Source: Podarcis muralis (Eukaryota). Taken from it: a stretch of 64,000 bases of DNA. The stretch lies in NCBI RefSeq assembly GCF_964188315.1, contig NC_135670.1:37820001-37884000 (forward strand), written 5' to 3'. This document shows positions 10,341 to 21,900 of the stretch, piece after piece. The notes below the pieces were generated by a model, which was not told the DNA's origin, did no database searches, and saw only the letters and a program-made list of their open reading frames with translations. A program made the translations under genes and the position numbers. Each line of letters opens with the position of its first letter. Position 1 is the stretch's first letter.

Positions 10341-10445
10341 CGCAGCCATGCCAGAGGGGCTCCGTCGCAGGCAGAGGTTTGAGAACTTGAGCAAACTCTG
10401 AGGGACTTGCAATTTTACGCACAAGCAGCTCATTATCCCATCACA
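10037..10445 (+). repeat. 3' LTR (its first ~300 nt encode the polyprotein C-terminus)
   Basis: Direct repeat of 6479-6887; followed by the TSD. Confidence 0.95.
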
Positions 10446-10803
10446 AGATGTTTTAATTTTATAGAATAAAATTGGTTGTTGAATTAAATCATCAAAAATG
10501 AAGCCATGCCTCATTCTTTATGTGAGTACAAGGCCAACATGAGATGGGGTCAACTGAATGTGGCACTATCATTACATGTCTTTAGGCACCAGGCAAAAAT
10601 ATTCCTCTTTACCAGGCCTTTGCCCATTAAATAATCGATTTCTTGTTAAAGCTGTGCAGAGGGGGGCTGTTATTATTGTATTATTATACTGCCTGTTGTT
10701 ACTCTTTTTATTATGTTTTTATTACTGATGCTCCATAAAATGTCTTCTTAATGTTGTACACTGCCCTGGGATCTTTGGATAAAAGTCAGTATGTAATCAA
10801 ATA

Positions 10804-10807
10804 ACAA

Positions 10808-10859
<52 letters not shown>

Positions 10860-10874
10860 ACAAACAAACAAACA
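10804..10874. repeat. Compound microsatellite (CAAA)n/(GCAA)n
   Basis: Direct reading. Confidence 0.9.
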
Positions 10875-11003
10875 CTCCCCCACCATCCGCTGGTGTGCAC
10901 TTCATTCTTCCTTTCTGTAGGGTTTGGGTGCATCATCTCGTTCTCGCTGGAAACTCAATGGCACATCTGAACCAAGCAGATTGAACGCCTTGCACATCAG
11001 CTG

Positions 11004-11006
<3 letters not shown>

Positions 11007-11051
<45 letters not shown>
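11007..11051. repeat. (TG)n microsatellite
   Basis: Direct reading. Confidence 0.95.
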
Positions 11052-11052
<1 letters not shown>

Positions 11053-11474
11053 TGCTTCCTGCAGTATTTGGAGGAGCCAGCCAGTTCCCAGGTGGGACTC
11101 ACTGGCACCCCAAAACCAAGCAGGATTGCAACCTCCCCCATCAGCTCATGCAGGCAGAGTTTGATCTTACTTTCTGCAGTGTTTGGCCATGGCAGCCAGT
11201 TCTCAGTAGGAAGAGGGGAGCATGACGTAACCAAGTACAATGAAACTCCCTGCAAGTCAGCTGATGTTGGGGTGGGAAGGAGAGCTTCCCCACCATCTCC
11301 AACCTAACTTCCTACAATGTGCTCCGCCTGCTCCAACTAAGCCTGCCCATCCAAGCTGAATCCTGTCACACACACACCAATTGTCCTGATTTGAACAGGA
11401 CATCACTGATTGACAGAAGCCGCCCTGGCTTCTTATTCCAGGAGGAGGTGGGGAGAAAGCCCAGCCAGCAAAGT

Positions 11475-11780
11475 TGAATGAATGAATGAATGAATGAATG
11501 AATGAATGAATGAATCTTTATTGCGTCAGCCATCGGCCATAGCAGTAAAACAACAATATGATATGCAAAGAATAGAAATAAAAAGTCAGTTATATAAAAT
11601 ACATTTTAGGGTTTTGAATCAATAGTCAAATAGTGGATCTTATTCTAATTGCCCCAGCTAAAAACCTTGCAGCCTTTGCTGTCACCTGCTCGTCTTGATC
11701 TGCCAAGAGAAAGGACACTGTGGTAGTGGCTGTGTGACCCAGAATGGACAATACAATCTAATGCAGGTATCTAATGCTCG
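11475..11780 (-). mobile_element. 3' end of a non-LTR retrotransposon with (ATTC)n tail, related to the element at 45008-45849
   Basis: Minus frame reads 'TVSFLLADQDEQVTAKAARFL', compared with '[21 protein letters not shown]'. aataaag is followed by a microsatellite tail. Confidence 0.55.
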
Positions 11781-14402
11781 TAGGTCTGCTTAGCCCCACT
11801 GAAATTAGTGCACTCAACATAATCCTGCTCATTTATGTGACTGGGTTTACTCTGAGTACAACTAGCAACGGATACAGCCTGTGAATCAGGGCCCATGGAC
11901 CCTGGGGCTGTGTTTTCCTCACCCTTGACCTGATGCATTAAAGGGACAGAATTAAACATTTCATGGCACATGACCTTGGACTTGGGCACATAAATAGGAG
12001 TGGCCTAGCTGGATTGCAAGAAACAGTGAACTGCTTTGGCAACCTTTCATAAAACTCTCTGATCTGCGTTAAATCAGCCCTCTAAAGTTCAGTTCTGCCT
12101 TGGTACGTGCACTAGTGTAAACCTGTATAAGTGAATGCTGTTCTTGTCATTTGGAGCGAACTCTCCAGGGGTATCTCCCAACGGCAAACACTGTGTCAAG
12201 ACCCTGCAATTAGAGATAATTGACGGAGAGCCCTTACAGCCATCGCATATGCTACATACAGGTGCAATTTTCACAGATCATCATTATTCCTGATTATTCA
12301 GTATTACAACTAACCTTAAAATAGCATTTGCTATACAGTTTTCTGTGCTGCATTGTAAACAGCGCTTTGACTTTTACATGGTATTAACTGTGACCTGTGT
12401 TTACCCGGACGCTGTGCTTTCCACCTTGTGCCAAGTCCCAAAAGGGCAGCAAACCAAGACAAGGCTCTGCAATTAGCTGTAATTTTCACAGCAGAAAGCC
12501 CAATTAAACTTGTCAGCCAGGATTCTAATTATGAAGCAAACTTCAGCAAGCAGCTGACAATCAAGAAGAAAGAGAGAAACCCGCTCTTTTCTCTCCTCTG
12601 CTGTCTGCCACACTTTAGTTTAATCATATCAACAAGCAAATATCTAGCTGGGCCCAGAAACACTCAGGCAGAGCTGATCAACACGCACAAACTGTTTCTC
12701 ACTTAACAAGGCAAATATCCTATGTGAATCCCACCACAATGAAATGCTTATAATTTGAACACTAGGTTTGGACTCATCCATGAACGTATCCATGAAAAGT
12801 ATTGGGAAACTTCTTCTAGGCTGGGATGCTGCGGCCAGGCTGCTGCCCAGTGCCAATGATCTGAAGAATGCGGCTCTGCCATTCAAGCTATTTTACTGGC
12901 TGCCAGGACATTTGCACACACAATTCAAAGTATCCATAAGCCCCGCTCCGTGCCCAGAAGCGTTGTGGCCCATAGAGTGCAGCAAAATACTGGGTGAGGT
13001 TTTGCCCAGTATCTTCTCTGTGTGATGGGCTAATGGGGAAAAGCTGTCCCATAAGCCCTTGCTGCAGAGGGTAGGGCAGGCCTATATAAGGCTGTTTCCC
13101 CTGGAGCTTTCAGAGCTTGCCGCCTGCCCACCCTCAGGTTAGAGCCTTCACTGGGCAATTTTGGGTAGTTGGTTGACAGGGCCAGAAAGGATTTTATTTT
13201 CTCCAAACGTGATTGGCTCCCCCCCCCCCTTTCCCTCAGTGAAATTATGCCTTTCCTTTGTTAGGTTGAGGATGGAAATGGCATTGGTCAGCATCAACAT
13301 AGTATAGGGGGTCCCCCCTAAGGGTCCTGAGGGGCGGATTGATCATGGCAAACCCAAGCGTGGTTTCGGTATCTGCCTGGTTGGAACCTGCACCCTGGTC
13401 CTCAAGGGAGACCTTGCTTGCTTGGCCTGCACCACGGCAAGGTTCAACACTGGCCGACTCCCGTTTGGAGTGATCCAAACCCAGCGGATCCATTCCATCA
13501 ACACGGGGCTTGTGGAATGATGAACTGATCCTGGGACCCAGTGCCATGCCAACCCTTGCCCTGCCCGCTGCTGCCAACAAAGATTTGTCCTGATTTTATC
13601 CCATCACCATTGTACAGTCTGGTTATTTTGCTGCTTTCATGGGCCACATATTGGGCCTGCCTGGGCAATGATATTTAATGTTCTGAGCAGCACAGGACAG
13701 GGATTTTCGAAGGACCGCCTCCTCCTAGATCAACCTAGTTGCACAATCCCACCCTTTTGACACCATGACTGCAAGGTGGTTTTAAGAAGTTAACACTCTG
13801 TGCTGTGTGATCTTGAGTACACAACGGAAATTTAATCCCATGCCTTTATCTAGGTCATCATCGCTGAACATATGTGTTCCTTCCGCTTTGGGGTAAGGTG
13901 CAGATTTACACACCATCACCTAGTAGGATTGCCATCTTTTTCTTCTTCTGTGCCCCATGTTCTCTTCTTTTAGCTGTATCTTGACCTTCAAGTATTGCAG
14001 GTGACAATGTTCATGAAAAACTTCACCTCCTGATTTATATATAGCACACACAACCCTTAATATCACAGAAACATAGGTGCCAACTCTATGGCTTTGAGGA
14101 CGCCTCAGCCCCTACCCCAAATATACTGGGAGCTCCCCGCTATCTTGAGGGGCCGAGCCTTGGCAGGACTACCAGCAGCAGGCCCCATTGGATCTTTCTG
14201 CGGCAGCAGCAGGTCCTGTTGGGTCTCACTGGGCCTACTCACAGTCTTGTACTTGGTTCTCGATGTCTTCTAATTTTTTAAGTTTAAAACAAGCATCAGC
14301 AGAAGTCAATATATCTGTATAAGTGCCCCATTTCCTTTCCATATTAATTTCCTTTAGGGCATTTGCTTTGATGAGGGATAGCCATAACAATGTTTTTCTT
14401 TC

Positions 14403-15602
14403 TTTTTCTTAAAAAAATAATTTTTATTAAGTTTCCATTTACCAAATTAAACATATCATACCAATTAATCCAAATTATAACAATACACATCATAAAATCC
14501 AAATGTTTTCCAAATTATAAATTTTTGTGGGGGATACCCATGCTTCTTGATCGGCAGGAGTCCAATCATCTAATATTTCTGCTGCCTTCCCGTTTACAAT
14601 GATATTTCCAGTCTCCTCTTCTCAATCCTTGTTACACATTTTCCTTTTAATTCACCTCCAAGTTATCTCTGCAAGTGGATTGAAAGAAACAGTCCTATTT
14701 ATATTTCTGTGTGGACTTTGTATTGCTTTCTCGTGAATCACTCTCATAAATCCAATAGTCCAGGCGTTCGATCAGGCAATCTCCATCTTGTTCATTCCGA
14801 TGAAATACAGTCTAAATGTCTGCTTGTTAACTTTCCAGACCTGCTGCATCGTAAATTAGTCTTTTCCAGGAGGGGTTGCCCTTTCAAATTTATGACCCCA
14901 ACCTGATAGGAGATCTCTGGCTCGCCCTCCCTAAGACCAAATATCTTGCAACAAAGGTTTGCCTTTCCATGTCGAATATTATTTCTTGCTGCGTCACAGA
15001 GAGAGCCTTTCTTCTTTCCAAATCTTGCACAGAGTAAAACCTTTAATTCATATTATTTTCCCCCACACAGTTCATTTTTAGTCCCGCTTGCAAATTAGTT
15101 GTTGTGAGAGATCTTCTAAGGGGGAGGGTTGTTAGGTAATCACATTGGAAAAAAATAAAAAGTCTCCCCCCCCCCTTTCCGTTCCATTCCACCCGTTCCA
15201 CATACCATCATGTCTGCAATTCTTTGGTGTAATCCTCCTGTTCCTTCCGTCCCAATCTTCTTCATCTCAGTGGTAAAATTTACTAGCAGATAAAAACACT
15301 CCTGACCTCTCTTGAAGCATGTGCGTTTACTTCTCCAATTTTTCCCCCTTTTAAGTAACGCAGCTAGTTTCACTCCTGGAAGCAGCTTTGGAGGAGTTCC
15401 GAGACCGGCACGAGGGTTGTGTGCCCAGTGCCTCGCACCCCCTCCTTCTTCCGAACTCGGGAGTGATTTATGGCAACCGCTGGCAAAAACAGCCCCTGGG
15501 AAGATGAGGGAGACTGATTTACTCCCCATAATCAGCCTCAAATTACCTCGTGCGAGCTGGATAGATGGTATTATCCGCCATCTTCCAAGGCGCATTTGAC
15601 TG
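14403..15602 (-). mobile_element. 1.2-kb L1-dependent non-autonomous retroelement (HAL1-like or deleted L1)
   Basis: 20-bp TSD cataacaatgtttttctttc (14383-14402 / 15603-15622). 5' GGAAGATGGCGG motif and 3' AATAAA plus A-rich tail. No recognisable ORF2. Confidence 0.75.
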
Positions 15603-15748
15603 CATAACAATGTTTTTCTTTCCAAAAAATTCTTATATCTCACCCAAACACCATACAGACCCTTTCTTATTCTCTTGACCAGTGGTGCAGTGGTGAATTC
15701 TGAAGTTCAGGAGTTCATTGTGACAGCCCCAAAGACACACCCCAAAGG

Positions 15749-17689
15749 TTCCACATTGGTTGTCTCCGTTGGAGGTGATGAGTGTGAAGAAGATCAATAT
15801 GAGGGGGAGGTGGATAACATATGGGAGTTTAATAATGAAAGAAGGAAGTAAATGGAAACTGAAACCATATGTTGAAGTAAAAGAATATGTAAATGATTGG
15901 TTGCATTATTTTCAGATTAATGAAATGTTTAAAAAAGATGTATTAGAAACGTTTTGCCGACAAGGAATCAAAATATCAATTGGAAGTATTGAATAATGAC
16001 GTAAAAATTCTGTCTAAAATGTATAAATTATTATTGGAATGGTATACAAAGGACAAGGAGGTTAAATCGGTTATGATCCATTGGGCCAAAGATTTTGGAT
16101 ATAATATACAATTTAAAGACTGGGTTAAATTGTGGAATGAAGGAATGAAATTTACTGTGTGTACTACAATAAAGGAAAATGTGATGAAAATGATATATAG
16201 ATGGTATGTAACACCAGTAAATTAGCAAAAATGTATAAAGTAATTAATAAATGTTGGAAGTGTAAAGAAAAAGAAGGAACATTTTACCATATGTGGTGGG
16301 AGTGTAAAAAAGTGTAATGCTTTTGGGAAAGGATATATAATGAGTTAAAAAACATGTTGAAATATACATTTGTTAAGAAACCAGAAGCATTTCTACTAGG
16401 AATAATAGGAAATGAAATTAATAAGAAAGAATGAAAGTTATTTTTATACGCAGTAACGGCAGCAAGAATACTATTGGCCTAAAAATGGAAACAAGAAGAA
16501 TTACCTACGATTGAAGAATGGAGAATGAAATTAATGGAATACACAGAACTTGATATATTAACAGGAAGGATCCAGAACCGACGAGACCAGAGATTCACTG
16601 AAGACTGGATTAAATTTACAGATTATTTGAAAAGTATATGTGATGACACAACCTTGATGGCAGAAAGTGAGGAGGAATTAAAGAACCTTTTCTTGAGGGT
16701 GAAAGAGGAGAGCGCAAAATATGGTCTGAAGCTCAACATCAAAAAAATGAAGATCATGGCCACTGGTCCCATCACCTCCTGGCAAATAGAAGGAGAAGAA
16801 ATGGAGGCAGTGAGAGATTTTACTTTCTTGGGCTCCATGATCACTGCAGATGGTGACAGCAGCCACGAAATTAAGAGACGCCTGGTTCTTGGGAGGAAAG
16901 CAATGACCAACCTAGACAACATCTTAAAAAGTAGAGACATCACCTTGCCAACAAAGGTCCGTATAGTAAAAGCTATGGTTTTCCCAGTAGTGATGTATGG
17001 AAGTGAGAGCTGGACCATAAAGAAGGCTGATCGCCGAAGAATTGATGCTTTTGAATTATGGTGCTGGAGGAGACTCTTGAGAGTCCCATGGACTGCAAGA
17101 AGATCAAACCTATCCATTCTGCAGGAAATCAGCCCTGAGTGCCTACTGGAAGGACAGATCGTGAAGCTGAGGCTCCAATACTTTGGCCACCTCATGAGAA
17201 GAGAAGACTCTCTGGAAAAGACCCTGATGTTGGGAAAGATGGAGGGCACAAGGAGAAGGGGACGACAAAGGACGAGATGGTTGGATAGTGTCTTCGAAGC
17301 TACAAACATGAGTCTGACTCTGACCAAACTGCGGGAGGCAGTGGAAGACAGAAGTGCCTGGCGTGCTCTGGTCCATGGGGTCACGAAGAGTCGGACACGA
17401 CTAAACGACTAAACAACAACAACAACAATATGTGATGACCAGATAATGTTTGCAAGTTTTCAGGAAGCTCTGTGAGAATGTATGGTAGAAATATTGTTTA
17501 AAAAATAAGGTAAATTAAGATATTATTGTAGTGCAATATTAAATTAAGAAATGTGCAAGAAGTGATTAAGACGGAGAATTATCAGACATGTTGATGGAAG
17601 TAAAAAAAAAAAGATGTTGGTGATAAATTGGATGTTTTGTTTTGTATAGTTTTATATTGGAAAACTAATAAAAATATATATTAAAAAAA
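15749..17689 (+). mobile_element. 5'-truncated L1 (ORF2 C-terminus, 3'UTR, polyA) interrupted by BovB
   Basis: '[19 protein letters not shown]' motif, A tail, 18-bp TSD aaagacacaccccaaagg (15731-15748 / 17690-17707). Confidence 0.9.
16648..17427 (+). mobile_element. 5'-truncated RTE-BovB LINE nested in L1
   Basis: BovB RT C-half '[10 protein letters not shown]...[20 protein letters not shown]'. (CAA)n tail and 12-bp TSD atatgtgatgac. Confidence 0.93.
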
Positions 17690-18667
17690 AAAGACACACC
17701 CCAAAGGGGCAAAACCCAGGCCCTTCCCAGGGAGACCATTCTCCCACTGAGGGGTAACAGTGAAAACTCAAGAAGGATCTTATATATTATCTACCCCACC
17801 CTATAAAAAGATAAATATTGGAACTTAACCTTCAGCTTGTCTCTGTCAGTCACTCTGTCAATTTCACGATCTTATTGCCCTTTCCCTTCCCACATGCCAC
17901 AACCACATGTATTGTATGTTTCAAGTTGTACCACTGCATTTAAGCCTCCATTGTCACTGCTGGGTCCCTCACATTGCTCTCCAACTCTAAGATCACAAAA
18001 GGAAATTCTCCACTTCCATATGCATTGATCTATATTTTTTATATACAGTAGCAAGTCAGTTTCTGCTGTTAGCCCATGTAATATAGGATTTCTGAATTCT
18101 TCCCTCCCTCCCTTTAACTGGTGTACAGGAAACATCCCTGAAAATCCTGAAAATCCTGTCTCCATTGGTAACACATGTACACTTGGGGGAAATGGTGCAG
18201 GTGTGATTGAGGAAGAGTGTTGGGAAATCCAGGAAGCTCCCTTCAGATCAAGAGTTTGCAGCTGGACTGCTTGCTTGCCTGTGACACTCACAATTACAAG
18301 AGAACTACTCAATAACAAATATGCATCATTATTTTGATCTTACTAGAAGTCACAGAGCTCAATGCTCTAAGGAGATAACTTTGGAACTAGTAATTATCTC
18401 AAATTGCTGGGATTTATCATCCATCTTGCCAAACCCCACGTACATTTTATCAGGCCATGAACACAATCAATATCAGAGTGTGAAAGTGCATATAAAATAA
18501 ATCCTGTGTCATTCAGAGCCCACAGGAGACATTCTGAACATGCAGGTTTTCAGATCTTTGACTTTTTCCCTATATCAAAATAATCCAAAAGTCATTCAAT
18601 GAGATTTCTTGCAGTTTATGGTAGATGAGATAGAAATCTGACTTTCAGCATCCCTGTTGGCCCCAAG

Positions 18668-18900
18668 ATGGTCAGAACATTTCTGCTGCTGATCCTTCTC
18701 TTCTTGTGGCTGCAGTTGCCTCCAACTGAGAGCAAGGAACACTCTGCTAGATGCACCATAACGGAGCCGTTCCAGCTTCCATACCAGAATTATCAGAGAG
18801 GGGACCTAGTCATTGGAGGAATTGTTACCTATTTCGGGTTTTTATTTGAAGAAAAGGATTTCCTTGAACACCCAAACACAAAGCTTATAGATGAACTCTT
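18668..18900 (+). CDS. V2R-B exon 1
   Basis: ATG, signal peptide, TT|gtaag. Confidence 0.9.
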
Positions 18901-21900
18901 GTAAGTAAAATTCTATCCTTCATAGTGCAAGCTTGGTGAGGTCATGTTGGCTACAATTACACAGAGAATACCACGGCATGCTCAGAACACATTTCCCTGT
19001 GACTTTTATCAAGGAGGGGTGTTATATGTTTCTTCTTTTTACCTTGTGATCTTGTCACCTTCTTCTTTGTTGCTTTATTCTGCTTCTTGGGGTTTCTATC
19101 TTCTGCCTGTTCTTCTTTCTCATCATCTGATCCCATGGCTCTCACCACTTTCTCCCAACTTCATCCTCATCCTCCCTCTGTGTTTGCTTTCACACCATTA
19201 ACGCCCGGTTTTCCTTTGCAGCAAAGCTTGATTTTCATATTCACAATCACTGTCATTTAATCTGACAGTTACAGTTGAATGTGACATTTGAATATCATAG
19301 ATTTTGGGTTATACCTGCTGCTATGCAATGTAAACCATATTGGGTAATAATACCAAGTCTCACAACTGAGTTTTATGCAGATTAGACCCATTGAAATTAA
19401 TACACCTAAGTTTGTCTGATCTATTAATCCTAATGGGCCTTCTCAGAGTATGACTAACATTGGCTACAGTATTTTTTGTACAGCCTCAATTTTATTTGAA
19501 TGAGGGAAAGATGGAAATTCTGTTACTGTGAAAGAATAGATCCCATTCCATCTGATGTGCTCTGGTCACTACTCCCCACCTATACCAAACACTAACTATC
19601 TGAGAGGCACCAGTCAGAATTTCTGAACTGGGAACTTCTCATCCAGTGAGTGTCCATTGGTTGCTGAAAGGAAATAAGGAGTTAAGGGAAGGATGTGGCA
19701 ACTTATGTAGGTGCATGTGAGCCAGGAAGTTACCTATGTGCTTAAGAGGGAGAGGATGAGAATACCTCTGACACACAGTATAATTCTTTTATTAGTGGAG
19801 CACCAAAGTACTACCAGAATACTCTCTCCCTGGTGTTTGCTGTGAAAGAAATAAACAAGAACCCTAATATCATACCGAATATGACCTGTGGGTTCCACGT
19901 CACTGATAGCTACTTAAATGCAAGGATGACTTATCAGAACACCCTGAAACAGCTGTCCATCACAGAAAGGATTGTCCCCAACTTCAAATGTGACAAGAAA
20001 GGACAAAAGATAGCTGTTATTGGGGGACTTGACTCTGACATCTCTCTCCACATGGCTACTGTCTTAGGCATCTACAAGATTCCACAGGTATAGTAAGACT
20101 GGGGGCTGTCAAGCTCTTCTGCCTCAGGTACAATAATGATCTTCTGGATTCTCAAATCTTTCTTTTATTTTGGTTCATTTTTCTGAAAAAGGAAGTGTGA
20201 GAGGAAAATATATAAATAATACAAAAGCACCTGGTGGTTGGAGGAAAGGGGCTTTGGTACTTGCCAGACTTTGTCTCCCTTGTGTCACTGGGAAGCAGCA
20301 GGGAGGTTGGAACAGGGCCAAGGCAGCAGCAGGAGTTTTCTTCCTGCTCCCAGGAAGCTGCACAATGCCAGTTGCAAGAGGTCAGAGAAACCCTGCTCCT
20401 CCTCCCCACCACCAACTGCTGGAGATATGCGTAATGTTCTTGTGAGATCAACATGTATCCATAAATGGAGTCAAGAAATTCTTATGGGTTTGTTCTTCAA
20501 GCAGATACTTGGGATGAACCATAACTGTTTGCTCTAACTCTCCAATTCTTGTGGGATTGATTTCTTCCTCCAGATTGCTTACTGCGTATTAGCTCCAGGG
20601 AGAAGCCCAGAGTTGCAGCCCCAGACATTCTACCGAACGGTGCCCAATGAGAAATATCAATATGCAGGGATTGTCATGCTACTTCTACATTTCCAATGGA
20701 CTTGGGTAGGAATTGTGGCATCCGATGATGAAAATGGAGAGACCTTTATGCAAAGCTTAGTGCCAATGCTTTCCCAGCATGGAGTCTGTTCAGCTTTCAA
20801 TGAAAAACTACCAGCCATATCTCAGGGTCTAGATAATTTCGGTTCCCTGGAACTCCTTCGGGCCAAGTCCTCTTTCCTGGTGGCCTCAGAAGTCAACATA
20901 TTGGTTCTGTGCGCAGAACCTCAGACCATTACAGTTGTGAAATGGTTGCAATATTTCTTTTCATTAGCAGAAGATGTTGCAGAGAATTCTACAGGCACCG
21001 TGTGGATTTTGACAGCCCAGTGGGCTTTCTCTTCAGAAACAATGCAAAGGTATTATGATATACAAGCCTTTGATGGTGCCTTGTCTTTTGCAATTCACAC
21101 AGAGAAAGTCCAGGGATTTAAAGACTTCCTTCAGACCCTGAACCCCAGCTCTCCAAATGGAGATGGGTTCCTCCAGGCTTTTTGGCAACAGGCATTCAAC
21201 TGTTTATTTTCTGCTTCTAATGGGCACAAGGAAAACACAAAGACCTGCACTGGCCATGAGAGTCTGGAGAGCCTTCCTGGGCATATTTTTGAGATGACCA
21301 TGACTGGCCAAAGTTACAGTATCTATAATGCGGTTTATGCCATTGCACATTCTTTACATCAGATGCACTCATCCAGGTCAAAACGCAGAATGATGGCAGG
21401 CAGAGGTGGGCTCGATCCTCCAGAACTGCAACCTTGGCAGGTGAGATTTCCTGTTCAGAACAAACCTTTGCTTGGGGCTAATCTAATGGGCACACAGTCC
21501 ATAGAATGAATACACACAAACACAGAGACATAGTGTGCTGTAGTGGTTAAGAGCGGTAGTCTCGTAATCTGGGGAACCGGGTTCTCATCTCCGCTCCTCC
21601 ACATGCAGCTGCTGGGTGACCTTGGGCTAGTCACACTTCTCTGAAGTCTCTCAGCCCCACTCACCTCACAGAGTGTTTGTTGTGGGGGAGGAAGGGAAAG
21701 GAGAATGTTAGCCGCTTTGAGACTCCTTAAAGGGAGTGAAAGGCGGGATATCAAATCCAAACTCTTCTTCTTCTTCTTACAGCTTTTACCTTTCCTCCAC
21801 AACAATCCCCACATTCTTTTCATCACTTAACTGTTTCCCCTTTCCTTCAAGATGAAGGAGCCACAATCAAGATAGGACCGGAACTTCCCTTCCATTTGCA

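Larger units (their letters stand above)
6479..10445 (+). mobile_element. Ty3/Gypsy chromovirus (Tf1/sushi-like) LTR retrotransposon, internally deleted, 3967 bp
   Basis: Two 409-bp TG...CA LTRs (6479-6887, 10037-10445) with 3 differences. 5-bp TSD agatg (6474-6478 / 10446-10450). Single long ORF. Confidence 0.97.

Noticed and set aside
10748-11307. Short ORFs with LACL, HTHT or CVCV runs (also YYYY near 38500 and EEEE near 54350)
   Set aside because: These are translations of microsatellites.
13259-13579. Possible solo LTR (tgttag...ccaaca)
   Set aside because: No matching TSD and no second copy in the window, so it is unsupported.
16525-17412. 295-aa ORF as a host gene
   Set aside because: Chance in-frame fusion of L1 and BovB fragments.
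21524-21600. tRNA gene
   Set aside because: Only a degenerate tRNA-like SINE head, continuing into the SINE core and tail.
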